Source: Clostridia bacterium (GTDB lineage: Bacteria > Bacillota > Clostridia > Oscillospirales > CAG-272). From it: 62,446 bases of DNA. A program made the position numbers and the translations under genes. The stretch spans positions 1 through 62,446 of the forward strand of contig JAFXHA010000039.1 in the NCBI GenBank assembly GCA_017536635.1, written 5' to 3'. Every line of letters starts with the position of its first letter. Position 1 is the first letter of the stretch. Shown piece by piece: positions 47,752 through 57,788 of this stretch. The notes beneath the pieces are model-generated. The model saw nothing but the letters and a program-made list of their open reading frames with translations. It searched no databases and had not been told where the DNA came from.

Positions 47752-49611
47752 TCAGTTAAGTACAAAGTCCGCTATGACGGGGTTATGGTCGGACGCATAA
47801 AGCGTGGGAAGATCGATGATGACCTTGTAAGTAAGCGCCGTCGCGTTTGAGGTGTGTACTACGTGATCTATCGAGGTATCACGCTTGCCGGGAAGTGTTC
47901 CGAGCGGTATGCCGTGATAGGTGGTGTACTCGTCGTTGATCTTATTAGCGGCGCTTACCTCGGCACTCTGCGTGTTTGCGTTCGTGAGCAGAGCCTTGAA
48001 ATAATCGGTATGTCGGTTGGTGTTATAATCTCCCGTGATGAAAACGGGGCAGTTCGAATATTGTGAGCGTATCTCGGATATCAGAGCTACCGTATCCTCG
48101 CACTGCATCATCTTGTAATCGTCCTTGACGTCCCAGTGAAGATTGATCAGCGCGAAGGTCTCGTTCGTTGATTTGGTTCGGAAAATTCCGTATGCGAGAT
48201 ATTTGTGATTTCTGCCCTGAGCAGTCTGTCGATACTCTACGTAACCCTTGTTCAACAGAGTCAGGGTGTTCTTATTGTATGCTATGCCGTTATAGCCTAC
48301 CGAGTTGTCGTCCTTTCTTCCAAGAATTATTTCATAATCATCGGAGATAAGAGGTCTTATATTTGACTGATAATATCCGTCGAATTCCTGGAATCCAATC
48401 ACGTCGGGCATATACGTGAGTATCGTATTTGCTGTGTAGAGCTTTCGACTCTCCGATGAGATATCGCAGAACATCTCGCTGAGCACGTTGAAGCTCATTA
48501 TTCTGATCTCTGCACCATCGGTGAGCTCCTTTGCCGATACGTTATCGCCAAACGACGAGTCGGACTTGAGCAGAACGCCGGTGCTTATCTGAGGCTTGTC
48601 GGAGAGCTCCTTGTCAAATCCGAGATCAAGCAGAGCGTTTACGGCGATCATAGTAGATACGGTTGAGTGGCCTGCAATGATGAGCTTGCTTCCTTCTGCC
48701 TTGACAATGTATCCGTCGGTTTTCTCGCTTACAGATGAGAGCGCAGATTTTGTTTCCTCACGCGAATAAGCGCCAACGAGGATCTCGTTTTGTTCTGCCT
48801 CATCGGCGTCCGAGTTTATGATATCAAGCCTTGTGTGGTAGATGTTATTTAAGTGCGTCTGTATTTCCGCCGCAAGATTTGAGAATGCGGGAGAAGTTGC
48901 TATAACGAAGGACGAGAGGGGCTGATCATCGTTGAAGAAGGGAGCAGAACCCTTATGAACGTAGCCGTTTTCATCAAGGTCGAGCACAACGTCGCCCTCT
49001 GCGTTGACCGAAACGCAGGAATAAAAGTATTCAGCGGCGTCTGAGAGCGCCTTTACGGTCGTTCCGAAAATTACGATCTTACCGCCTATCTTTTTTACAG
49101 CCCAGCCGTTCACTTCAAGACCGTCTGCCGCAGCGGCGCTTTCCTCGTGTGAGGTGTTGCCGATGAGGATCTCAAGATTTTGAGCGATGGGATAGGTGTC
49201 GGTCTTGAGCTCGAACTCGACGTCGCTCTCAAGATTATTGAGATGCTTTGTAAGCTCCATAGCAAGATTTTTGGTGTTTGTGCCGGCGGTCTGAGCGCGT
49301 GTTACACGGTATAACGCTTTGCCGTCCTTTGAGAGACGTATAAGCCCGTCGGCATAGGTTTCCTCGGTTTCGGGCGGATCGGTCTCCTTGCTTGTTTCGG
49401 ATTCGGACTCGCCAGATGTATCCGAGCTCTCGGACGTAGTCTCTGCAGTCGTCTCCGACGTCGTCTCAAGCACCGTGTCATTGGACGTCTCCGGCGAGGT
49501 GTCAGATGATAAGTCGTCTGAGGTCTCGTCGGGTAGCGTGCCGCCGGAGCAGGATGCGAAGGGGACTGTCAGCATCAAAACAGTTAATATCAAAGAAATG
49601 AATCTTTTCAT
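47752..49611 (-). CDS. Lipoprotein with two GH20-domain-2-like repeats and a C-terminal endonuclease/exonuclease/phosphatase domain
   Basis: Lipobox FASC; two EIL(I/V)G...G(W/Y)xVK..G.K(I/L)xIxG repeats; MSFNV, GFQE, TGDYN, IDH and SDHNPV motifs. Confidence 0.85.
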   Translation of the reverse strand: MKRFISLILTVLMLTVPFASCSGGTLPDETSDDLSSDTSPETSNDTVLETTSETTAETTSESSDTSGESESETSKETDPPETEETYADGLIRLSKDGKALYRVTRAQTAGTNTKNLAMELTKHLNNLESDVEFELKTDTYPIAQNLEILIGNTSHEESAAAADGLEVNGWAVKKIGGKIVIFGTTVKALSDAAEYFYSCVSVNAEGDVVLDLDENGYVHKGSAPFFNDDQPLSSFVIATSPAFSNLAAEIQTHLNNIYHTRLDIINSDADEAEQNEILVGAYSREETKSALSSVSEKTDGYIVKAEGSKLIIAGHSTVSTMIAVNALLDLGFDKELSDKPQISTGVLLKSDSSFGDNVSAKELTDGAEIRIMSFNVLSEMFCDISSESRKLYTANTILTYMPDVIGFQEFDGYYQSNIRPLISDDYEIILGRKDDNSVGYNGIAYNKNTLTLLNKGYVEYRQTAQGRNHKYLAYGIFRTKSTNETFALINLHWDVKDDYKMMQCEDTVALISEIRSQYSNCPVFITGDYNTNRHTDYFKALLTNANTQSAEVSAANKINDEYTTYHGIPLGTLPGKRDTSIDHVVHTSNATALTYKVIIDLPTLYASDHNPVIADFVLN

Positions 49612-49707
49612 ATGTTATCTCCTTTCGGGATTTGTTTGTATTGCTTAACTTGATTTTATCATATTTTTTTATTCAAGTCAATAATAAATAATAAATGTAA
49701 AAAAATC

Positions 49708-49736
49708 TTGACACGCAGATAAAAGTATGTTATAAT
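49708..49736 (+). promoter_or_regulatory. Sigma-A promoter of tRNA-Gln
   Basis: TTGACA-17-TATAAT with an extended TG. Confidence 0.8.
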
Positions 49737-49749
49737 ATCTTCTGCATTT

Positions 49750-49824
49750 TGGGATGTCGCCAAGCGGTAAGGCACCAGACTTTGACTCTGGCATTCGTCG
49801 GTTCAAATCCGGCCATCCCAGCCA
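49750..49824 (+). tRNA. tRNA-Gln(TTG)
   Basis: TGGGATG/CATCCCA acceptor, CCAGA-CTTTGAC-TCTGG anticodon arm, GGTTCAAATCC T arm, encoded CCA. Confidence 0.97.
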
Positions 49825-49999
49825 GCAAAAAAGGACGCCACGGGCGTCCATTTTTGCTGGCTGGGATGACCTTTCGATTTGCCCCGAGCATTTGCAGAGC
49901 AAATGCGTCGGTGCACATTCGCCGCCAAAGCCGTCGGGGTGCTCGCACACCAGCGGCTGAGCGTGCGAATAACGGAGCGAAGCGGAGTTACCGGCCATC
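49825..49999 (+). repeat. tRNA-Gln-linked repeat, copy 1
   Basis: Terminator, inverted tRNA 3' end (TGGCTGGGATGACC), hairpins and a T-arm-like copy ending CCGGCCATC. Confidence 0.9.
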
Positions 50000-50019
50000 T
50001 TTAATAATACGTAAAATTG

Positions 50020-50190
50020 AAAAGGCACCCATACGGGCGTCCTTTTTTGCTGGCTGAGATGACCGTTCGATTTGCCCCGAGCATTTGCAGAGCAAATGCG
50101 TCGGTGCACATTCGCCGCCAAAGCCGTCGGGGTGCTCGAACACCAGCGGCTGGGTGTGCAAATCCTCCATTCGCAAAGCGAATAGGAATA
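50020..50190 (+). repeat. tRNA-Gln-linked repeat, copy 2 (offset 193 bp)
   Basis: About 120 bp near-identical to copy 1. Confidence 0.9.
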
Positions 50191-50429
50191 CCCTGCTACA
50201 GGGGACTTTTCTCCGCTTTTTTGACTCTGAATCTTTTTGAAATTTTGTAGATGCATTTCGGGCATTTCGGGTCTGTAGACAGATTCGAACTGCCAACACA
50301 AAGCGTTTTTTTACTTATCAGGCGAATCGATTCGAAAAATGCGTTATTGATTTGAATTGTTTTCTATGTTATAATGTAGCCATCAAGTACTTGGTAAATG
50401 AACTTTGTTTAACCAAAGGAGAGTAATAT

Positions 50430-51473
50430 ATGGATATTGGAAATAAAATCAAACTATTGCGTCAAAAAATTGGAGCAACACAGGAGCAGCTCGGAGAAAA
50501 AATAGGAGTTAGCGCCCAATCCATATCAAAATGGGAAACGGGTGTGACAATGCCTGATATTACGCTGTTACCGATCTTATCAAGTGAGCTTGGTGTTACG
50601 ATCGACGAACTTTTCGATTTGACCGTAGAGCAGAAATTGCAACGAATAGAAAAAAGAATAGACATTGAAGGGGATTTAACCGACGATGTCTTTTATGAGT
50701 ATGAGAATATGTTGAAAATTCAGCTTGATGAATTTGAAGACAGAAGAAGAGTTTTGTCTTTGTTGGCAAGGCTTTATCATCATCGTGCAGAATCATATTT
50801 AAGTAAAGTAAGCAAATATGCCCGCGAAGCGATTCTGATTGCTCCCGAAATCAAGGACTGCCAATGGATGTTGCAGAAAGCGAATGGGGCAACCTCTTGG
50901 GATTGGAACATCTCAAATCATGTGGACGTTATAGATTTTTACAAAAAGGTAATAGCAAGCGACACGATCATTCCCAAAACGCCGTTGCCTTATTATTATC
51001 TTATTGATAATCTTATTGCCGATCACCGAACGAAAGAAGCAGAGGAATATTTGAACAAATGCGCGGAATTACCGGCTCACAGACCTTTCTTGATTCCTGT
51101 ATACAAGGCATATATTGCGCTTGCGGAATACGATGTGCAGAAAGCGGATGATATTATGAACTCTGCTTTAATAGAGTTTTCGGATAATACAGGGTTTCTT
51201 TTCGAGATTGCTCAGTACTACGCGCGTAAATGTGAGTATGAAAGGGCGATATCGTATTATGAAAAATCATGGGCATTAGAAGAATCTCAAAAGCCACGAT
51301 TTACGGACGCTCTTGAAGGTATTGCAACAATATATGAAATACTTGGAGATCACGCTAAAACGAATGAAACTTATGATAGAATGATTACTTGCCTCAAAAA
51401 CGAATGGGGGTATAAAGATGACGATGCTGCAGTCATCTGTGTAGAACGAAAGAAGAAAGCTTTGATCAAATAA
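50430..51473 (+). CDS. XRE HTH + TPR regulator
   Basis: VSAQSISKWETG..PDI HTH, then helical TPR-like repeats (AQYYARKCEYERAISYYEKS). Confidence 0.85.
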   Translation: MDIGNKIKLLRQKIGATQEQLGEKIGVSAQSISKWETGVTMPDITLLPILSSELGVTIDELFDLTVEQKLQRIEKRIDIEGDLTDDVFYEYENMLKIQLDEFEDRRRVLSLLARLYHHRAESYLSKVSKYAREAILIAPEIKDCQWMLQKANGATSWDWNISNHVDVIDFYKKVIASDTIIPKTPLPYYYLIDNLIADHRTKEAEEYLNKCAELPAHRPFLIPVYKAYIALAEYDVQKADDIMNSALIEFSDNTGFLFEIAQYYARKCEYERAISYYEKSWALEESQKPRFTDALEGIATIYEILGDHAKTNETYDRMITCLKNEWGYKDDDAAVICVERKKKALIK

Positions 51474-51629
51474 TACATAGGACTCGTATGCAAGCATGGC
51501 GTTGCGCCCCGAAAGATAGCGGTTAAGTGCAACTCCCATCATCGCCAAGGGGTTAGTGTGCCCTCTGCCAAATCGCCGTGTATCTAAATCAGCCACACAC
51601 GGTTTTGTATCTAAATCGGACACATATCA

Positions 51630-51700
51630 CAGCAAAAAAGGACGCCACGGGCGTCATTTTTTGCTGGCTGGGATGACCTTTCGATTTGCCCGAGCATTTG
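51630..51700 (+). repeat. tRNA-Gln-linked repeat, partial copy 3
   Basis: CAGCAAAAAAGGACGCCACGGGCGTC...GCTGGCTGGGATGACCTTTCGATTTGCCCGAGCATTTG matches 49823-49894. Confidence 0.9.
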
Positions 51701-51797
51701 TCAAGGCCAAAGCTTTTATGGTGAAAAAACTTGACAATATGCTTGCTTTTTGCTAAAATGTTTATATAGTCCATATTTTATATTGGAGGGTAAACGA

Positions 51798-53036
51798 ATG
51801 AGAGAGTTTCATATTAAGAATTACGGCGCCGTTGGTGATGGAAAAACGCTTAATACTGTATCTATACAAAAAACAATAGACGAGTGCGCTGAGCATGGTG
51901 GCGGACGAGTCATTGTCGGAGAGGGCGTATATCTGAGCGGTTCTATTCGCTTAAAAAGCAACGTTGATCTTCATATTGAAGCGGACGGTTGCTTGCTTGG
52001 ATCTTCAGATTGTAACGATTTTCCCGAGAGAACGGACGTTGTTCACGTAGAGAGCTACAACCTTCCCAGACATAGAAACGCTTGCCTCATTTTTGCGGAG
52101 CGCTGCGAGAACATTTCCATTACGGGAATGGGGATCATCGACTGCAACGGAGAGTGCTTCGTTGAGAAAAAGGGCGAGGGATGGACAGGCTGGGAATATC
52201 AAAGATTGGATCTGCCCACTCCGCCAAGAGTAGTTTTTCTGACGGGATGTAAAAATGTCAGGATCGAAAACGTTACGATGCGTAATCAGCCGTCCGGTTG
52301 GTCATATTGGATACATGATTGCGATTTCGTTTCCTTTGATAAATGTAAGATACTTGCCAACGTTCAGTATCCGAACAACGACGGTATACATATAAACTCC
52401 AGCCGAAACGTAACAGTATCTAATTGTGATATAAATTGCGGAGACGATTGTATCATCGTCCGCGCTAACAATTTATCCTTGCCTGAGAATAAGGTTTGTG
52501 AGCGCGTAACCGTTACCAACTGCAATCTTACGAGTTACGCCAACGGTATTCGCATTGGTTGGATGGGAGACGGAGTGATCAGAAACTGTACGTTTTCAAA
52601 CATCGTTATGACCGACACGGTAACGGGAATAGGTATTACCTTACCGAAATTCAACACCGAGGCGCCCGATCACGGACGCGAGGAATCCGTAATTGAAAAT
52701 CTTAGCTTCAGTAATATCGTCATGGACGATATCTATGCTCATCCGATCAGAATATCACTTAGTCCGTCGGAGCATTCACGGTGCAAGGCTGTGCAAAATA
52801 TTTTCTTTTCCCAAATTCACGCAAGAGGACTTGAATTTCCTTTTGTAAAGGGGAACGAGGATTACGTTGTCAAAAATATCTACTTTAGCGATTGCAGCTT
52901 TGAAAAGGTGGAGGAGGATGCTCTTCCAAATTATCGCAAGCACGGTCCTGCTGCGTGGGAACGCGTTATTAACGCGCCGATCGTAAAATTTGCGGAAAAC
53001 GTTGTTTTCAATCAAACGACCTTTACTGCAAAATAA
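51798..53036 (+). CDS. GH28-like (pectin lyase fold) glycoside hydrolase
   Basis: YGAVGDGKTLNT, LKSNVDLHI, NNDGI and GDDCI motifs. Confidence 0.85.
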   Translation: MREFHIKNYGAVGDGKTLNTVSIQKTIDECAEHGGGRVIVGEGVYLSGSIRLKSNVDLHIEADGCLLGSSDCNDFPERTDVVHVESYNLPRHRNACLIFAERCENISITGMGIIDCNGECFVEKKGEGWTGWEYQRLDLPTPPRVVFLTGCKNVRIENVTMRNQPSGWSYWIHDCDFVSFDKCKILANVQYPNNDGIHINSSRNVTVSNCDINCGDDCIIVRANNLSLPENKVCERVTVTNCNLTSYANGIRIGWMGDGVIRNCTFSNIVMTDTVTGIGITLPKFNTEAPDHGREESVIENLSFSNIVMDDIYAHPIRISLSPSEHSRCKAVQNIFFSQIHARGLEFPFVKGNEDYVVKNIYFSDCSFEKVEEDALPNYRKHGPAAWERVINAPIVKFAENVVFNQTTFTAK

Positions 53037-53108
53037 ATATCGTGCAGACGTTGAAATATAAAAATTCTTACTGATTTAATATCGTATATTAAGGAAAGGC
53101 TTGATATT

Positions 53109-53531
53109 ATGAAAAAAACATTAAAAAACATATTTTTTACCGTTGCCGCATTGATCTGCGTCGTTTCTCTCGCGTCGTGTAGCGGCGGAATAAAGGGAGA
53201 CGATGCCAAGGCGTATATAAACGATTTCTTTGACGCCGTATCGGCCGAGGATTACGAGAGAGCAGAAGCTCTGCTTCACCCGGACAGACCTGCCGATCTT
53301 GAAGAGTTTTTCCTTAATATCGAGAAAAAGGAAGCTCTCGATTTTCAGTCGGGTATTGAGGTTGAAAGATATACCGGAATGTCTTCCTCTTATTATGACA
53401 GTACGGTCGACGGATCAAGATATGAGCTTGTTATGCAGGTCAGCGTTGACGAGAAAAACGTGGAGTTTACGATCGAGATCGTGCAGAATGAAAACGGATA
53501 CGGAATCTATAATCTCAATCTGGATACCTGA
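53109..53531 (+). CDS. Small lipoprotein of unknown function
   Basis: Lipobox LASC, 140 aa. Confidence 0.7.
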   Translation: MKKTLKNIFFTVAALICVVSLASCSGGIKGDDAKAYINDFFDAVSAEDYERAEALLHPDRPADLEEFFLNIEKKEALDFQSGIEVERYTGMSSSYYDSTVDGSRYELVMQVSVDEKNVEFTIEIVQNENGYGIYNLNLDT

Positions 53532-53594
53532 TAGGGTAGCGGAGAATAGCTATGAAATTAGCAAAATAATAAATAAACCGAAAGGAATTGTGTT

Positions 53595-54902
53595 ATGAAA
53601 ACCAAGCTTTCAGGACGTTTCTGGCTTGCGCTTACGCTGTTCAGTCTCATCGGACAGATAGCGTGGGTGGTTGAGAATATGTATCTCAACGTATTTATCT
53701 ACAAAATGTTCAATGCCTCGGCAGCCGATATTTCGGCAATGGTCGCGGCGAGCGCTGTTGCGGCAACGCTTACCACCGTGTTTATCGGCGCTCTGTCAGA
53801 TAAGATAGGCAAGCGTAAGGTATTTATGTGCGGCGGATATATTCTCTGGGGAATCTCTATACTTTGCTTTATCCTTCTCAAAGAGGATATTATAAAGTCG
53901 GTATTTCCGATGGCGGTCTCGGCAGCATCGGTCGGCGTGTCGCTCGTTATCGTGCTTGACTGCGTTATGACGCTTTTCGGATCGAGCGCAAACGACGCGG
54001 CGTTCAACGCGTGGCTGACAGACAGTACCGACAGCACCAATCGCGGAGCTGCAGAGGGAATCAACGCAATGATGCCTCTGGTCGCGATACTTGCGGTGTT
54101 CGGCGGCTTTATGGCTTTCGATCTTAACGCGCCTCAAAGCTGGAGCTACATATTTGCCATTATCGGCGGAGTGGTAATACTTGTCGGTGTGCTCGGATTC
54201 TTTATAATCAAGGAGCCCCCGCTAACACCCGGCGAAAACGGATATTTCAGAACGGTGGTCCACGGATTCCTTCCGTCTACCGTCAAAGCAAATGCCGCGT
54301 TGTACGTATATCTTTTGGCGTTTATCATTTTCAATATTTCTATACAGATATTTATGCCTTATCTAATAATATACTATGAGGTGTCGCTTGATATGGCGAA
54401 CTACGTGTTCATTATGGCGCCCGCCATCATTCTTGCCTCGGCAGTTACTGCCGTTTGGGGCAAGGTCTACGACAAAAAGGGCTTTGATTTTTCGGCGTGG
54501 ATATCACTCGTTTGGCTTGCGTCCGGATACGTTGTACTGTTCTTCTTCAAGTCTACCGTCCCCGTGTTTATCGGCTCGCTGCTTATGATGTGCGGATACC
54601 TTGCGGGAATGGCAGTATTCGGCGCGCGCATACGCGATCTCACACCTGTCGGCAAGGCGGGAATGTTCCAGGGCGTCAGAATTTTCTCGCAGGTGCTTAT
54701 CCCGGGCGTTGTCGGACCTTTTATCGGCAAGAGCGTTCTCGCAAACGCAGAGAAGATCGTCAATAACGACGGAACCGAATCCTTTGTTCCAAATCAGAAT
54801 ATCTTTCTTGCGGCGCTCGTTGCTATCGCCGTGCTCGCAATATTCCTTTGGGTATTTCAAAGAATTACAAACAAGAAAACTTTAAAGGAGTTCAAAACAT
54901 GA
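53595..54902 (+). CDS. MFS transporter
   Basis: About 12 transmembrane segments, GALSDKIGKRK motif A, and ANDAAFNAW. Confidence 0.9.
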   Translation: MKTKLSGRFWLALTLFSLIGQIAWVVENMYLNVFIYKMFNASAADISAMVAASAVAATLTTVFIGALSDKIGKRKVFMCGGYILWGISILCFILLKEDIIKSVFPMAVSAASVGVSLVIVLDCVMTLFGSSANDAAFNAWLTDSTDSTNRGAAEGINAMMPLVAILAVFGGFMAFDLNAPQSWSYIFAIIGGVVILVGVLGFFIIKEPPLTPGENGYFRTVVHGFLPSTVKANAALYVYLLAFIIFNISIQIFMPYLIIYYEVSLDMANYVFIMAPAIILASAVTAVWGKVYDKKGFDFSAWISLVWLASGYVVLFFFKSTVPVFIGSLLMMCGYLAGMAVFGARIRDLTPVGKAGMFQGVRIFSQVLIPGVVGPFIGKSVLANAEKIVNNDGTESFVPNQNIFLAALVAIAVLAIFLWVFQRITNKKTLKEFKT

Positions 54903-56893
54903 AAAAATATATGTTTGATTTTTTACAAGATCAGGCTCGAATATCTTTTTTGTTAGGCGGTGTAAGCTATAAAGAGCTTTCTCCAAAGATAGAGACAGAT
55001 AAAAACGAAAAGAGTATAAAAACGGTTTATACGTTTAAAGACGGACTTCGTCTTACCAACATCCTTCATTACTATCCCGAGTTCAACGCGTGCGATTGGG
55101 TAAACGAATGGGAAAACACGTCGGATGCTCCCACCGAAATAATTTCGGAGCTTTGGGATTGTTCAGTTGAGCTCCCTCTGCCGCCGTGCGCTGAAAAGCT
55201 CTCGAGCAGAGCGTATCTGCCAAAGTCTGAAAACGTAATAAAGGTATATTCTCCCTGCGGCTCGGAGTGGTCGGGAAATGAATTCTATTGCGACGTTGAC
55301 CGCATCAAATTAAATCACCGTCCGAATTGGCTTGAAAAAGTAGGCTCAAAGCATCAATACGCAACGTCGGGCGGACGCTCTGCCGATTCAAATATCGCAC
55401 CCTTCTTCAATATTCGCCACGACTATGCATCGCTCGGATATATTGCCGCTATCGGTTGGACGGGGCAGTGGAATGCCGAGATCGAGCGCAAGGAAGCTTC
55501 GGTTATATTTAAAAGCAAGATTGAGGACACTAATTTTCGAATCTTACCGGGCGAGCGTTTTCGCACTTCATCGGTTACGCTTATGGCATACTCAGGAAGC
55601 GTTCAGAATGGGCAGAATGCTTGGCGCAGGCTTGTAAAAGAGGTTTACTCTCCCATCGGTAAGAGTAACGTTCCGAGAGATCTGCCCTTCTGCGCAGGTC
55701 TTTGGGGCGGTATGAGCACCAAGGGTTGTCTTGACCGTATTCGCAAGGTTGAGGCAGCAAAGCTGCCCTTCAACTGCTATTGGATGGACGCAGGCTGGTA
55801 TGGCGCGGGAGACGCCGTCTCGCCCGATGAATATGAGGGCGATTGGGAACGGCACACTGGCAATTGGGAAATAAATCATTCAAGACATCCAGATCTACTA
55901 AAAGACGTAGTGAGTGAAATCTCAAAAAGCGATAAGCGTTTTTTGCTCTGGTTCGAGCCGGAGCGGGTGAGGAAGAGTGCGCCGATAGCCTTGAAGCACC
56001 CCGAATATTTGATATTCTCCGAAGACGAAAACAACTCAAACACGCTTCTAAACCTTGGAAACGAGGCGGCGTGGAGCTATTGCTTTGAAACTCTTTCTGA
56101 TCTCATCGAAAGGCTTAATGTTTCAATTTACCGTCAGGATTTTAATTTCCAGCCCTTGCCTTATTGGCGCAAAAACGATACTCCCGAGCGCCGTGGCATT
56201 ACCGAGATAAAACACATCAACGGAATGTATCGGCTTTGGGATGCGCTTCTTGAAAGATTTCCCTATCTTTTAATTGATAATTGCGCATCGGGTGGAAGAC
56301 GCATTGACATTGAAACCCTGCGGCGCTCCGTACCTCTCTGGAGAAGTGACGCGCAATGCCCTGCGGATCCAATCCCCGAGATAGCACAATCTCATGCTAT
56401 GTGCCATAGCGCGTGGATGCCTTATTCGGGCACGGGCGTGGGTCGAGTGTGGTTTGATACCTATCGCTTCAGGAGCGCGTATGCGCCGGCGCTGACCACT
56501 AATTTTACTTTTTCCGAGAGAAACGTTTTCGGGGATGATCCCGAAGCGATGAAGTGGCTTGATAAGATGTGTAACGAATACGTTCGCGTTCGCAGATATC
56601 TCAGTGAGGACGTTTATCCGCTTACTGATCCAAGCACCTCGGACGACGTCTGGGCAGCGATCCAATATCACGATCCTAAGACCGATTCCGGAATAATCCA
56701 GATATTCAGACGTGCCAACTCGCCCTATGAGGAAGCGTCGTTAAGGCTTTATGGGCTTGATCCCGAAAAAAAATATGCCTTTGAGGATGCGGACGGAGGC
56801 TTGTTTGAGGAGTTCGGAAAAGACCTGATCACTCTTGGACTACGCTTAAAAATTACCGAACGCAGAACAGCAAAGCTGTATTTTTACAAATAA
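54899..56893 (+). CDS. Alpha-galactosidase (GH36)
   Basis: WMDAGWY, LWFEPER, YRQDFN and IDNCASGGRRID motifs. Confidence 0.88.
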   Translation: MKKYMFDFLQDQARISFLLGGVSYKELSPKIETDKNEKSIKTVYTFKDGLRLTNILHYYPEFNACDWVNEWENTSDAPTEIISELWDCSVELPLPPCAEKLSSRAYLPKSENVIKVYSPCGSEWSGNEFYCDVDRIKLNHRPNWLEKVGSKHQYATSGGRSADSNIAPFFNIRHDYASLGYIAAIGWTGQWNAEIERKEASVIFKSKIEDTNFRILPGERFRTSSVTLMAYSGSVQNGQNAWRRLVKEVYSPIGKSNVPRDLPFCAGLWGGMSTKGCLDRIRKVEAAKLPFNCYWMDAGWYGAGDAVSPDEYEGDWERHTGNWEINHSRHPDLLKDVVSEISKSDKRFLLWFEPERVRKSAPIALKHPEYLIFSEDENNSNTLLNLGNEAAWSYCFETLSDLIERLNVSIYRQDFNFQPLPYWRKNDTPERRGITEIKHINGMYRLWDALLERFPYLLIDNCASGGRRIDIETLRRSVPLWRSDAQCPADPIPEIAQSHAMCHSAWMPYSGTGVGRVWFDTYRFRSAYAPALTTNFTFSERNVFGDDPEAMKWLDKMCNEYVRVRRYLSEDVYPLTDPSTSDDVWAAIQYHDPKTDSGIIQIFRRANSPYEEASLRLYGLDPEKKYAFEDADGGLFEEFGKDLITLGLRLKITERRTAKLYFYK

Positions 56894-56917
56894 ATAAAAT
56901 GAATAATAGCAAATAAT

Positions 56918-56950
56918 AAACGGCTGCTTGGATATCAAGCAGCCGTTTTT
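56918..56950 (+). terminator. Intrinsic terminator
   Basis: AAACGGCTGCTTG-GATAT-CAAGCAGCCGTTTTT. Confidence 0.75.
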
Positions 56951-57005
56951 GCGTGTCGGCGGCACCACCCATAGCGGCACGCAAAATTACGGTATTTAAA
57001 TGTAG

Positions 57006-57788
57006 TCAGAATAGCTTGTACTGAAGGCGGAGATTGTCGGCTATCATCGCGATAAACTCGCTGTTGGTAGGCTTTCCGCGGTTATTTTGGATCGTGTATC
57101 CGAAATAGGAATTGAGCGTGTCCACGTCGCCTCTGTCCCACGCGACCTCTATCGCGTGGCGAATGGCGCGCTCGACGCGAGACGTGGTGGTCTGGTATTT
57201 CTTGGCGACCGACGGATAGAGTATCTTCGTTACCGAGTTGATTATCTCGCTGTCCTTGACGGTGAGAAGTATTGCCGTACGGAGATACTGATATCCCTTG
57301 ATGTGCGCGGGAACGCCGATCTGATGAATTATCTTAGTTACCTGCGCCTCAATATCGGGCGCCTCTCTTTGCGCGTCTGAAAGCTGGGGAACACCGCCCG
57401 TGCGCCTGCTCGCTACGAGCGAGGTTATGTGTCGGCACAGACTTTCGGCGTTGTAGGGCTTTAGCATACAGAATTCAGCGCCCGCGTTCGCCGCCTCAAT
57501 AAATATGCTCTGATTTGATACCATCGAGACCACGATGAAGGACGGCGGCTTGTCCGGCGCGAAATTCAGCGATTTTGTGTTGCGGAGCACGCCGATACCG
57601 TCGAGCTTTGAGAGCCAGATATCGATTATAGCAACGTCGGGGTGAAAGTGTCCTATCTTTATCAGCGCTTCCTCGCCGTTGCAGGCTTCTTCAATTTTGG
57701 TAAATCCTGCGCGTCGGAGCTCTGTTATCAGCGATTGTCTTTGTGCGGCGTTTTCATCAGCGATAAGTATTTTTGTTGTGTTTTCCAT
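57006..57788 (-). CDS. spo0A: Sporulation master regulator Spo0A
   Basis: Receiver domain plus [29 protein letters not shown] and KPTNSEFIA. Confidence 0.97.
   Translation of the reverse strand: MENTTKILIADENAAQRQSLITELRRAGFTKIEEACNGEEALIKIGHFHPDVAIIDIWLSKLDGIGVLRNTKSLNFAPDKPPSFIVVSMVSNQSIFIEAANAGAEFCMLKPYNAESLCRHITSLVASRRTGGVPQLSDAQREAPDIEAQVTKIIHQIGVPAHIKGYQYLRTAILLTVKDSEIINSVTKILYPSVAKKYQTTTSRVERAIRHAIEVAWDRGDVDTLNSYFGYTIQNNRGKPTNSEFIAMIADNLRLQYKLF

Noticed and set aside
49678-50301. ORFs overlapping tRNA-Gln and its repeats (also 16836-17103 and 1853-2047)
   Set aside because: They are translations of tRNA/repeat DNA with no RBS or protein-like motifs.
51478-51548. tRNA-like remnant ending in CGCCA
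   Set aside because: It has some stem potential, but I could not build a cloverleaf or T-loop.
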